The position numbers were made by a program, and so were the translations under genes. From assembly GCF_037042905.1 (NCBI RefSeq), contig NC_087245.1, positions 24,616,001-24,680,000 on the forward strand: 64,000 bases of DNA, read 5' to 3'. The notes under the pieces were generated by a model, which saw only the letters and a program-made list of their open reading frames with translations, was not told the origin of the DNA and made no database searches. Origin of the DNA: Lytechinus pictus. Lineage: Eukaryota. Of this stretch, positions 51,362 through 64,000 are shown piece by piece. Position 1 is the first letter of the stretch, and every line of letters starts with the position of its first letter.

Positions 51362-54300
51362 GGGGTGTTGCAAGAAACTTGCGATTGAACGCAAATCGAA
51401 CGCAACTCCCAAAATTGAGCGTAAGTCCTCCGATTAAACGCAAATCTGCAATTGAACGCAAGTTACGTTCAATCCTGTTGCAAGAAGAAGTTGCGTTTGA
51501 TCAATTGAACGTAGATCAAGCGCAAATTGATTGCAAATCGAACGTAACTTATGTGAGATTTTGGAGGACACGCAAAATTTGCGTTCGATTTACGTTCAAT
51601 TGATTGTCCATAGGCTTGTGTACTAAAAATTCTGCAAAATTTTTTTTTTTTGTATTTTGTTTTGAAAACTTGTGTAAATTATGCCATTTTCAACTTTCCA
51701 TGGGTTTTTTTCAAGAAAAACTTGAAATAATGTTATTTTTAATCTTTATAGGCCTCTTCAGCAATTATGCCATTATTATCACACAATTTCACTACATTCT
51801 CTCCTAATATCATTTTAAAGTGTGTCAATCACCAAAAATATTCTGCTCTTGTTATCAGAGGTCATGGAATATTCAAATTGTGATTTCTGAAATAATTTGT
51901 ATGAAAAAATATTGAAGAAATATTAATTCTCCATAAGCACAAAAAAGCCACTCTTCATTAAAACACTTCATGCACTGGCAAATTCTTATCAATATTTCTG
52001 AGGGTTTGCAGTAAATACAACTCAGAATTTGTTTTGCAAGAGCACCAAATTGCTTCAATGCTTTCATTCATAAATATCATAATGAATAACATGCCCAATT
52101 AAGTTATTTTAGTTTGATTTTCAAATAAAACATACATTTCAGGAGATTGCTACACTTCAAAATCTGAAGCTCTCTTGTTTCTCTCTCTTTAATCATGAGA
52201 TTGCATGGTAGATATATATCACACTTGCATACAGGGATGAGGTCGAGGCTGATTCTTCCGAGTCATGAGTCAGCTTGAGAGAACTTCCCATAGATTCTGT
52301 ACAGTGACTCGGACCAAGGCCAGCAAAATGTTGTCTCGAGGTCAGCATTGACTACATCCCTGCTTGGAAATGAAAAGATCCATTGATCTGTGCACAAAAA
52401 GAACACTGCTCAAGACATTCATTATTGATGGACCTTTTATTTTTAATTTTCATTGTTTCTTACTCCTGAGGAATTACTTCTGAGATTCATTTATATCAAA
52501 TAAAAATTCATATCATCTTCAAGTGTTTTACCACTGAATGTCAGCCCACAGTCCTTAATGTTGGCAAGAAGAATCCATAGAAGTCCAGTCAGGAAAGCCA
52601 GTCAGGAAAGCCACAAGCTTCTCTGCTTGAAGGAACAAATTTGGTTTCCAGAAGCAGTCTAATTTGAGATGAATATGGAGAGCTCCATGGAGTGAAGTTT
52701 TTAAACCAACACCCTCATTCTGAAGTCCACTCTAATAAGATGTTACGACAGACAGGAGCAGCTCTGAATTCAGTTCTGATAACCAACCTGTTCGTAAAAA
52801 AATAATAATATAGGAAATAATGCAAGCCCATAACCATACATAGCTTGGGTTAGTTCAAATTTTGTCCTTTCAGTGCAAGAACGCCCTTAGCAAAACATTT
52901 TTGTGCACCCCATCAGTGCAGAAATGCCCCTATGCCTGCTGGTAAGGGCGTTGTTTGCAACGACAAGATGATATGATAGAGGGATAGTGGCTTACTCCTG
53001 AGACCATAATAATTGGCAATTTGCCATGATGTAATCTAAAAAAGTGTGAAAACTTATTGTTTTTCCCCCAAATAAATGAATCATGGAAATTGAAATATGC
53101 AATAAATTAAATCAATGACAGCAAAATTCACAATTTCATTCAGTACACATTGGATGAGCACAACAACCACCCCCTCCCCCCCCCCCCCCATCAATGGGGA
53201 TGTCTTCATTGCTGAGAAGTCCAAGTCAAGATAGAGATTTGTATTTGCCTTTTTCATTTTGCATTATCCTTGGGTTAATGTGTACAGATTTCACCCCCAT
53301 CCGCATTACGATCATGGTGAATAATTAATAATACAGTTTACATGTAACCTACCATTTGAGAGTTGATAAAATGAATCAATCAGCTGGTTGCAAGAACACA
53401 CATTGTAGCAGACACATTTATGGTGGTTCGGAGGTTTCTTGTTTATTCCAGACTTCTTTGTCATCATAACTGTAGTAAGCAATTAAAAGCAAAAAGCAAA
53501 GAGATAAAACATGTTCATGAAATTAATATACAAGTTAAGCTCAGTTGCCAGGGTGTTAATCATTATAGTAGTCCCAGGGTGTTTTGATTAAAGTCACTTC
53601 TGGCCTGGGGAGGGGCACTATGGTTCCTCATCCATGGGCGGTGCAATTAAAACAATTATGAAATCATACCTTTGATTTACTAAAAAAAGCTCGTAATAGA
53701 ATGCTAAACTTTGTTGTACATATTCCTTTCTAGAGCATTCCTAACAACTTTACTTTAAAAAATCTGGTATAAAAATAAATTCCTTTCATGTTTTTTTTTA
53801 AATATTTTTTCTTAACTTCTTAAATGTATTTCTTTTAATTGTTATTTTCAACACAAAGTTCATCAGTGACATTGAATTACTATTGTCAATAAAAAAATTA
53901 CCCAATTATGAATATTGACTTTTTACATGTAATCATGTTTTTGTCTGACATGTACTTAAACAAACACAATGTTGCAAAATTTCCTGACCCTGTACCTGGG
54001 AATTGCAAATTTGGTCTCAAAAGTTGCGTGAGACTTGAAAGTAAAACGTCAGTCAATGGTGCGGTAATACAATTTTGAGTGGCAGATTTATTCTGAAAAA
54101 TGTCAAGGGAGACCATATGCCCCCCCCCCCCGAGTATTGTGCTTGATGTAAAAGGATGTAAAAAAAAAATTGATTATGCATTCAATATTAATAATGATGC
54201 ACCAAATGAGACACCCTTTTACTGTAAGCACCTGGAAAAGCATTGTAATCATCCATTAAATAATTTAAAGTGAAAAAAAAAATCTGTCATCTATATAGCA

Positions 54301-56018
54301 CCTCATGTGCTTGCATAAAAATCAAGTTAAGACTAGAGTCAGTTACATAGTAGCCCGGGGGGGGGGGGGGTTACTCACGAAATAATGCATATGGGGATGT
54401 GCCGCTGGAATGGGTCGCCTTTTTTGAAGAAATCCCTAAACATGGGGTATGGATTTATGCTGGAAAATCCCTAAACATGGCCCAATTTTTAGATACTGGA
54501 CTTAAACATGGGTCCATATTCTACTCCAATGTCTTAGGTGCAAATGCAAAATTACCTTACATTTTGGGCGATAACCTTTTTCTTTTTTTTTTTGCTTGTC
54601 AAGTTTTCCAGGCGAAAATGTGCCCCCCCCCCCTTTTGGAAATCCTGGATCCGCCCCTGTAATGAATCCCCAATAATGGGCCCCTTTTTAGCCAAAATGA
54701 CCTGTAAATATGGGTACGGGTTTCAAACCTTCAGCCGCACACCTTTGTCCAAACCAAATCTAAGTACCTCCCCCCCCCCCCCCCCCGGCATAGTAGACCT
54801 ACATATTGAATCTAAAAAATAGATGTATTTAGGCTTACATGTATATCTTTTTATATTTATATGTGATGGATATTAAAAATGTGACTCATACGGCACATCA
54901 TTACATATCAACGTCACAAATAGACTGCCCTTGCAAAGAACCTCTTGTGCAATCTGCCCGTAAGAAATTTTAAAAAGAGCCCCGGGCGGGCAACTCCCTA
55001 TTCAATGTTAAAACTTCCCCAAGAATGAGGCAGATGTGGCCAATAGATTCTGAAAAGTAGCCCAATACATGTAGACCCCCTATACTTTTTTCTTTTTTTT
55101 TCTTGTCTGGCGAGATATGTGGAGTCTTGAGAACCCCCCCCCAAAAAAAAAAAAAAAAAAAAAAAGAATAAATAAATAAAAATTGAAATGAAATTTTTTT
55201 AATCCTCCAAAGACAAAAGTCGAAAAAGCAAAATTTTCACTTTATCCCAGGCCAGGCCAAGGAAAGTCCTTAAAAGGGAGGTTAACGTTAGACAGACTCT
55301 TAAGAGACAAATGGAGAGGATTTTTTTTCTTGTGGAAAAAAAAATAGAAGGTAAACTAATGAAATTGTTAAAGTCTTTAATTTATATTTACTGGATGGCT
55401 ATTCGCCGTTGAAACCGATATAACTTAAAAATCATTTTCAATATGAACAAAAATTATCTTTAAAGGTCATTTTCGATGTTTCATACATAATTGGAGCCTA
55501 CAGTACATTTACTTGCTTCAGGGTGATTTTTAACAGCACTGCACCGGCAATGACCTGCCGTGTTGTTGATACAACCGTGCATTACCGACACAAAAAGTCA
55601 AGTATGGGACTGGGATTAAAAGTGTGCAGTAGAAAATTTGTTGAAGGTGAAATTTCGACCGGCGATGAAGATACATTTTCCCTCTTTTCAAAATAATTTT
55701 TTCCCTGGCATAGGTCTAAAATATATAAATTCTCTGAAAACATACATAATGGAGAAAGAATTGTCTGAAAAATGAATATTTTCTACTTACTCTCTTCCAG
55801 GTTCAAGATTGTTGCAAGCCAATATTTTGCTTTTTCGGCTAGTCTTGTGCTGCAGACCCTGTTTACAGCTGCAAATCAGCTGCAACTTGCGTTCAATCGC
55901 AAGCCGTTTTCTTGCAACGCAAATTGGCGATTGATTGCTAGTTGCAGTCAATCGGGATCGGCTGCAAAGTTGCAGTCGATTTGCAATCAATTGCAACGTA
56001 ACTTTCTTGCAACACCCC
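51362..56018. mobile_element. 4.66-kb non-autonomous ISL2EU/Harbinger-like DNA transposon
   Basis: 16-bp perfect TIR GGGGTGTTGCAAGAAA / TTTCTTGCAACACCCC with a 2-bp AT flank on both sides. Subterminal TTGCG/CGCAA/TTGAACG repeats. No transposase ORF seen. Confidence 0.75.
54354..54788. mobile_element. CCCGGGGG-terminus MITE nested in the 51362-56018 element
   Basis: CCCGGGGG...CCCCCCGG with CATAGTAG duplicated on both flanks. Confidence 0.7.
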
Positions 56019-56279
56019 ATAAATGTCATTGTGAGAAGGCGATGCGCGTGAGCCTTTAAAAGCTTTCCTCAGTCGTTTGATAAGTTTAAGGATAGTTCAA
56101 AATACAAAAAACACGATACAAAATATATAAGAGGGAAAAGGCGTTCTTACCAAAAAAGAAATCACAATTCAGAAAAGAAAGTGAAAAAATGTGTAATTAT
56201 TTTCAAAACAAGCGAATAAAGGTTGAATTTTGCGCAAAAATGTATTTGTCATGCAAAGCACAATCAAAATCTATAATAT

Positions 56280-56420
56280 TAATAATAATAATAAAGGTAT
56301 ATTTACCCAGGGTAGCCACTTCAGTTCCGAAAACTGTTCTCCCAGCGGGCCCTGCTGTTCTTACCCGGCTAAGCTAGGCTACCTATTCGGTGCACACAGC
56401 TTTTTGAGGAATTATTTCCT
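56280..56420 (-). repeat. Interspersed repeat, probably a SINE 3' end; related copy at about 7050-7190
   Basis: Both copies share an (AAT)n tail, TTACCCGGCTAAGCTAGGC and GCACACAGCTTTT. Confidence 0.5.
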
Positions 56421-59400
56421 GCCGGACACCCTGCCGGTATCTATTACCCCGTACCCCCTACCACTTTTTAAAAATTAATGAATGAAAGATTCAGCTGTGA
56501 CCAACTGAACTTAAGCCAAATTTTACTATTTTATAGTCAAATTTTACTATGACACAACTATTTTTTACTCCAAAAATGTATGACTGGAGTTGTCAGTTGC
56601 ATTCAGCTGACGACATATTTGTCATATAACATGGTTTACTTTTAGAATAGCAATTACGTCCGAGAGGGGCGGGAATGACCAATGGTTGCCTGAAGAAGGA
56701 CAACTTTCATCCAATTGTTTAGGTTAAACATTCTTTCTCAGGATAATGATTATACTGTATAATCAGATGTTAACTTTTTTACTATTTCCTGGTATAAAGA
56801 AATCCATTTTTTTTTTCACAGTTCAGCAATAAATGTATTGATTTGAAAGGCATACGTAGCATTGGAGGTATATAAATCTGACAAGGTTTCATATATTCTT
56901 TGTCCATGGTTTAGAGGGGTTTTGAACTTTCTAAAGAAGACTTGGAACTCTACACCAGGAATCATGATACTATTGAAGGTAAGGGACTCATCACGTGTTA
57001 TTTTATCATGATAGGGAAATTTCGCAACAGCTACGCAGAACGCTTGCTGGAACGTAGATAATCTATTGCTTAATGCAATTTATCATAATTCATAATGAAG
57101 TCATTGTCAAGGGGATGTGAATAGAAACAGCAGTTTCGTTCGTGAAACGAAATAATTTGCTATTTTTCGTCAGCTTCGAAACGTTGGACGAAACTACTCT
57201 TTCGGCTCACCAATATCGACAAAGACCGTCCATATCCCTTTGCGTGCGACGGGCTTCCACAGAAGCCCAGCGAGTCATTCACTTAGCTACGACGGGCTTC
57301 TACAGAAGCCGAGAAATGTTTGGTTTAATTCAATTAAGTTTTTCAGCTTTTTCGTAATTGTTATGTACTAAAACCTCTGCCACTATTTCCTTCATAAACC
57401 TATTTCGATAACAGATTGAAAAAAATATACAGCTACGTGGGGAAAAATCCCGAAAATAGGAAATCATTTCAACTTTACCCGATTTTTTCGTTGGAGTCGG
57501 ACGGGGAGGATAAATTTTGTGACGAGCACGTACGCGCGCGCATAAGGCCTGATCACGTGATTTGTTCTGATCACATGATTTGATCCATATCGTTGTTCTG
57601 ATAGAGCATCTTGGTTTTCCACGTATTGGCAATAATAATAATAAGACATCAGAAATGCGAAACAAATTCACGAGTAATGCAGTTTTTACAGTGCCAACAT
57701 TAAGTTCTTTTATTCTGATAGATATACGCTAACATCTTTTCTGCAAGATCGTCACGTAATAAGCTACGCGTTTCTTCACCATTTTCGTCTTATTTGTTTC
57801 ATCAAGAAGATATCACTCTAGATAGAATGATATCTCCTTGGTTTCATCGATCGATTGCATTTTCAGAAAAGCAAAAAGCTTGTAATGTCTTAGTACTTTG
57901 AGCTGATCTCGGTGCACTTTTGAACTTTTTCCCTCCCAATCATCCCTCTTCTTCTCATTATTTTTGTCTACTATTCTGAAAAAAGGAGAAAAGAAGGCAG
58001 CTTAGCACACCATTCATCTTCTGCTCTTTTCAAAAGGGGAACGTCCATGTAGTTCATGATATCGGCACTACCCGAACAAAAGAATGTCTGGGCGGCCACT
58101 CAAACAAATTCCTTTCGAAAAGAGCAGGATACAAATGGTCAACGCCCCGAACAAAAGGAAGATTAGTGTTTATCGGCAGGATGACCCATTGAACGCCTTT
58201 CGTACTTAGCAATACAAAAAGCTTTTATGAATCATTTTTTTCGACCAACATACCGTATCTAAAAAAAAAATGTCTCATTACCGACAACACAGGTGCTTAT
58301 GACATCCGTCAGTAATTCTTATTGCAAAAAGGCGCTTCCCCTGGGTGATGATGCATATAAGGATGAACGAATAATTATTTAGGGAAATTATCGAAAAAAT
58401 ATGTTCAAATGTCAGGGAGGACGAGAGAGAATGAGAGACAGAGATAAAAGGGGGAACAGACAAGTGCGCTTTTGCTAAAATTCTATGAATATCTACTTAA
58501 ACGAATTACAACATGACTTTATTTTTTGGTTAGATTACTTTTAAAAAATCCCACAATGTTTGTTTCTTGCAACTCGGTCATCAGACCCTTCCCAAACTTA
58601 TGACTTTTTATTATTGTTCTTGTTTGACCCCCCTCCCCTGATGGAAATGTTCTGACCTACACTCTAATATTGCTTGTTTGTCTCCTGTCTCCGATTTTCT
58701 GTTTTTAATTGCGAGTAACGCGGTAGAAAAGATAAGAATAAAGACCGTCCTGGACCCCTTTCCCCCCCCCCGTTACGACCAAAAAAAAAATCGCATTTGG
58801 GGCGCTTACCATGGTTAGCATCTAAACCATTTTGGTTTAGATGGTTTGGAAAAAGAAGGGACAGCAATGTTTTTTATGGTGCAGGTGTTGAGCTGTGGGA
58901 CGGGGATGAAGCGGCTAAAAAATACAATTTGTTAATTCATGTCATTTTACAGAATGAATTTATAATAGGTTAGGTTTTAGAAGCTCTTCATCTTATTTCC
59001 TTTTCTCACCCAGATTAAAACTTTTGCATTAAAAAGTTGACGGAAACATAATTACTTCAAATGATAAAACCAATAATGAACTAAAAGTTTCCTCGCGCGA
59101 AATGGAGGAAATAGAATGATACAGGATGATAAATAACGCTGAGGCACCCCCTATAAAGAAAACACGTTTGTATGGCATGTCACCCGATAGAATGCTATCA
59201 ATCCTACAAACTTTTATTCATGTGTAACCTACATCCTCCCCCCCCCCCCAAGAAAAAAAAGGTTGATACCGACCCAAATTTTATTGATTTTCCTACTTTT
59301 TTGCCAATTTCTTTCTCATTTTTTAACTGGCGAATAGCGTGCTAGAAAAGATTCATAGAGGACAAAAAATGTTTCCGTGACTGAATGTGGGAGGGAGTGG

Positions 59401-60433
59401 ACCAGCCGAAAAAAAATCAGAAATTTATATAGACTTCGGATTTTTTGTACATGTTTGCTGAAAGGGGTGAGGACGGTGAGGACTGAAACTTCCTACCAAC
59501 TCCGCCGCGTCTGTACTATTAGATTGAACGATTAAAACGATAGAGACAAAAATGAATTCTAACTATTGTGAATATTTTTCTAATGATTTATTATCGGTTG
59601 TGAAATCAAGGAGACAATAGAACAAAACGAAAGAACAAATAAAAAACCACATATGATTGCGGATGCTATAATTTATTCAAGAAAAAATACTTTCTTTTAC
59701 TTTCAGTAATTGCTTTGCTCTTTTTGAGGGAATAGTAAGATAAAGAAAGAAACGTAGAAAGTGACAAGAAGAGAGTTGGGAGGTATCAGTTTAGACTTAC
59801 AATTTTAGTCACTTTTATTCGTTTAACTCTTTGAAATAATTTCAGGATATTACAAATCGAATACCGATGCGCAAACTTCAGGAAAAAAATGTATTTTATT
59901 ACTATAATATCTGCGTGGGAAATCAAATTAAATGAAACATATAATTTATGAAAAAATCTAAAAAAGAAAATAACTTTTAGTGAAAGATTGAGGCCTCTGT
60001 CTTGCCATAACCCTAAGCCCCAGGTTCACAAAAAATAGTTTAGTCGTGCATTTTTATACGATGATGATGATGATCATCATCATATTGTCTTTTGCGAAAG
60101 ACTCACGTTATCAATATAGAAAATGGAAGATAATATAGAATTTATTGTGAAATGACAGTTACAATAGTAATTTTAGAAGGTTTTTCGGGACATTATATGA
60201 GAAACAGGGGAAAAACGCCAAAATTTTCGACATGATGAACACGATGCAAAAGGACGAGAGGCCCACAAATGCAACCATCTCCGATCAATACAAGTTGGCA
60301 AAAACGAGGCATTCTCTCGGAACCGTTACCGATGAAGAGAGAGGGGGGGATGTTAGATGTAATGTAAAATGACAGGTACTAGAAGAAAAAATCAGAAAGA
60401 AAGGATTGAGGGGGGTGGGGGCGGGTATATACC

Positions 60434-60735
60434 CAGAAGCGGATCTAGAGGGGGGGTTGGGGGGGTTGCAACCCCCCCAAAAAAAAAAAAATCCGGGGAC
60501 CATTTTTTTTAATCTTATCTTTTTTTTAAAACTTGTAATTTTATTTTATTCTATTTTATGCAAGAAAACGCCATTTTCACACACAGATTTTCAAAAATTT
60601 TCCCTACTGTGGGAGGGGGGACACCCCCCTCCCACACCCTCCCCCCTCGCTCGCTCTGCTCGCTTGGACTCGGTCGCTACGCTCCCTCGCATACCACCCC
60701 AACCCCCCCTTTATAAAAAGCTGGATCCGCCCCTG
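60434..60735. mobile_element. CAG..GCGGATC-family MITE with a 5-bp TSD
   Basis: CAGAAGCGGATCTAG...CTGGATCCGCCCCTG with TSD ATACC (60429-60433, 60736-60740). Confidence 0.8.
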
Positions 60736-61397
60736 ATACCTCGTAATCCAAATCGGGAAGAAAGAAGACGATACAGATATAATTCAAATGAAAAGAACTC
60801 CGAGAAAAAAGGTGTAGAAGGGAGGGGAAATAGAAAGACGATAGATATAATGGAATGAAAGCGGTAGATAATACATTCCGTTACAGGTTAGGAACCAGAG
60901 AAAGGGAAAACGAGGAAATCCCTAATTGGTACCGTTTTATAAATACATTATGCATGCACATGTTACATTGAAAAATGCGCAATAATTTAAACAAATTTAC
61001 CATCCGCCAGTCAAATAGAATGATATAGCTTTCAAGTGTTATTGAAAATTTGTAAACAAATTTTATATAAAACGGGCCCCTGGAAAACTTTTGACTTTCT
61101 CTCGTTCTCTCATCCGATATTGTTCTTATTTTTGTCTTCTATTTCAAAGGAAACAAACAGAAAACAAAGGAATTAAAAACACCGTTTATCCTCTGCTTTT
61201 TTAAAAATGAACAAAAGAAAGTCATGGCGGACGCTCAAACAAATTCCTTATAAAAAAGAGCAGGGGACTAATAGCCAACGCCCTGAATAATAGGAAGATT
61301 AGTGTATTTCGTCAGGATGACCTAGTAAATGCTTCTCGTATTTAGCGATACAAAAAGCTCTTAGGAATACAGCTTTTCATATTACGACAGTAACAAT

Positions 61398-63067
61398 AAA
61401 CTAGATTTTAATTCGTCATGCGGACGAATTAGGTGGTCTGTCCTTATTCTCGCCATCATGATCACTATTACCATGTTCAAGCAGATCAATATGATCTTCA
61501 TGATGACAACGGAATGTTCATTATGGATGGAATACTTGTGAAAGAAGGGAGATGATAAAGCACTGTGAAAAGGGTCTCTTTGATATATGAAAATACATGT
61601 GATATGAAAAAAGTTATTATAATCTGTTTAATCTTGCTAAATTTTAACTTTCATACCTTTTAATTATCATAAAGGATCATGTACGAGGTGGTAAAAAGAA
61701 AAAAAAAAAGAAAAAAAAAATCGTCTTGTTCACCCCCAGGACTCGAACCTGCGCCCCCGAGAACTCAAGTCAAGTGCGTTATCCATTGAGCCACGATATT
61801 CCCCATAGAGATTACACGTTCCCATAGAGATTACACGTAAGCAAATTTGAGAATTACAAATCCAATTTTGCAAGCAAAAAACGGGCATGATCCTGACATC
61901 TGATCGAAAAATGGAGGGCACATTCCGAAAGCTTAGAATCTCAGCTACATCATACCAAAAGCTCAGGGATAACTAACAAGAAAAAATGGAGATATAGCTC
62001 ACGAAATAGAGGAATGTAGAATCTAGTTTTGAGAAAAAGTCATGTCCCATAGAGATTACACGTAAAATGAGGAAAAATGACATGCCTCTTTTCATCGCAA
62101 TTTTACACCATGATGCGTTTTTCAAAATGAAAATTCATGGTTACTGACGAGAAAGAGTACATTCTAATCTACGACATATCGAAATCTGGGCGACAAATGA
62201 TCAATATTCACGGAGTTATGATCAAATTTGCATAAATTTGATGACGTCATTTTTGAAAAAATGAAATTTTCAGTTTAGGCGCAATTTTGATGACGTCATG
62301 ATCAAATTGAGGGACAATGGTGACATAAAATCAAATTTACAACTCATACTCTATCGATATATGAAAAAAAATTGGGGGTCAACGGACTATTTAAAGAGCT
62401 ACAGTGAATTTTTATTAGGCATGTTTTTGCCCATATATGGCCTATAGTAAGAGCTCGCGCGCACACGTGCTGCAAACTTTAACGGGTGTTAATTTCGTTA
62501 TTAATGGTCGTAGAAGGTTGATCAAGGTATAAAATTGCTCAGAATTATATTATCAATGCAATGATATAAAAAAATGGCGTTTCTGCGTTGCGTTGAAGGC
62601 GTTACGCGCGGAAACGCGCGCGCATACGTGTGCGTGCGCAAATTTTTGAAATGCTTGAAATGACCTGAAACGTACTTTACTTTGGTCAAAAAGTGATTTT
62701 GAGCATTTTAAAAATTTGACGAGCGCGTACGCGCGCGTCGTGACCTCCAGGTGACCTTTGATGACATGACCTGTTGACCCTTGACCTGAAGTTGATGTGA
62801 TGTTAATTTGATCGATTTTTAATTATTGATAATGGAGATATGATCGACAATGTGATTTTACAAAATGGCGCCTGGATGACGTCATCATGACCTGATGACC
62901 TTGACAAAGTTGATTTTACTTGAAATCATAGAGCTTGATGACTGACAGAAATTTGAAGGAAATTGACCATGTCGATTTCGAGTGAACGTGTGTACAAAAA
63001 AGTGTACGGAAGAAATAAAAATTCTGGCGAAATCAATAGGTGATCTGTCGTTGACAGACCACCTAAT
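61398..63067 (-). mobile_element. Helentron-like non-autonomous element (HINE/DINE-type)
   Basis: On the minus strand, the 5' subTIR TAGGTGGTCTGTC is part of a palindrome (63037-63065). The inverted 3' subTIR (61430-61442) is followed by stem-loop TAATTCGTC/GACGAATTA and then CTAGTTT. Confidence 0.7.
61728..61797 (-). ncRNA. tRNA-derived Pol III cassette (pseudo-tRNA) inside the HINE
   Basis: A-box TGGCTCAATGG and B-box GGTTCGAGTCC, followed by a long T-run (plus-strand A-run about 61693-61720). The acceptor stem does not pair. Confidence 0.6.
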
Positions 63068-63085
63068 AAAGAAGAAAGAATTGAG

Positions 63086-64000
63086 CTAGAGTATTTCCCA
63101 TAGACTTTACACGTAAGGAAAATACGAGAATATCCAATCCAATTTTGCAAGTGAAATACGGGCATGATCCCGGCATCTGATCGAAAAGATAGGGTGACAT
63201 TTTCGAAAGCTTAGAATCTCAGCTACAACATACTAAAAGCTCAGGAAAAACTGACAAGAAGAAATGGAGATATGGCTCACGAAATAGAGGAATGTCGAAT
63301 CTAGTTTTGAGAAAAAGTCATGTCCCATAGAGATTGCACGCAAAATGAGGAAAAATGACATGTCTTTATTATTTGCAATTTTTGAGGATGATCCGTTCAT
63401 TAAAATGAAAATTGAAGGCAATAATTCAGAAAGAGTAAGACTTAAGCTACAACATATCGAAAAATGGGCGAAAATTGACCAATATTCACGGAGTTAGAGC
63501 CTAATTTGCATAATTGTTATGACGTCATAACAAGGAAAATGGATATTTTAACTTCCGATGCCATTTTGATGATGTCATGATCGAATTGAGGGACAATGGA
63601 GACATGAAATCAAATTTACAACTCATACTCTATCGATATATGAAAAAAAATTGGGGGTCAACGGACTATTTAAAGAACTACAGTGAATTTTTAATAGGCA
63701 TGTTTTTGCCCATATATGGCCTATAGTAAGAGCTCGCGCGCACACGTGCTGCAAACTTTAACGGGTGTTAATTTCGTTATTAATGGTCGTAGAAGGTTGA
63801 TCAAGGTATCAAATTGCTCAGAATTATATTATCAATGCAATGATATAAAAAAATGGCGTTTCTGCGTTGCGTTGAAGGCGTTACGCGCGGAAACGCGCGC
63901 GCATACGTGTGCGTGCGCAAATTTTTGAAATGCTTGAAATGACCTGAAACGTACTTTATTTTGGTCAAAAAGTGATTTTGAGCATTTTAAAAATTTGACG
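63086..64000 (-). repeat. Adjacent tandem copy of the HINE body, running off the window
   Basis: 63095-64000 aligns with about 61820-62720. The last roughly 400 bp (from 63600) are almost identical to 62320-62720. Confidence 0.85.

Noticed and set aside
61728..61797. Functional tRNA gene
   Set aside because: The acceptor and anticodon stems do not pair convincingly and it lies within a repeat; kept only as a tRNA-derived cassette.

Overview
AT-rich, intron-containing animal DNA, densely filled with nested non-autonomous DNA transposons. The repeat style suggests an echinoderm such as a sea urchin, which is inference only. (1) A spliced minus-strand relic gene at about 36.5-41.8 kb, possibly extending to about 45.2 kb. 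Its rebuilt protein has DUF6589-type transposase-like motifs (GDQxT, PxPxDFH, LRDAxRxG) with two ING-like PHD fingers inserted inside the domain. It is broken by a MITE insertion, a frameshift and a stop. (2) An intact-looking two-exon gene at 47344-48748 (minus, 312 aa) with an acidic N-terminus and a Cys-rich beta-strand-like C-terminus. (3) A chain of canonical plus-strand exons at about 7.6-23.5 kb with no reading frame (lncRNA or decayed gene). It includes mutually similar exons and in-exon 34-bp and 46-bp tandem arrays, and is preceded by an inverted-duplicated splice-donor cassette. (4) A decayed Crypton/DUF3504 tyrosine-recombinase gene at about 19.1-20.1 kb, plus LINE ORF1 and RT fragments. 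(5) A 4.66-kb ISL2EU/Harbinger-like non-autonomous element, a Helentron-like (HINE) element carrying a tRNA-derived Pol III unit, and many MITEs with readable target-site duplications. Family names come from motifs recognised by eye; no database searches were run.
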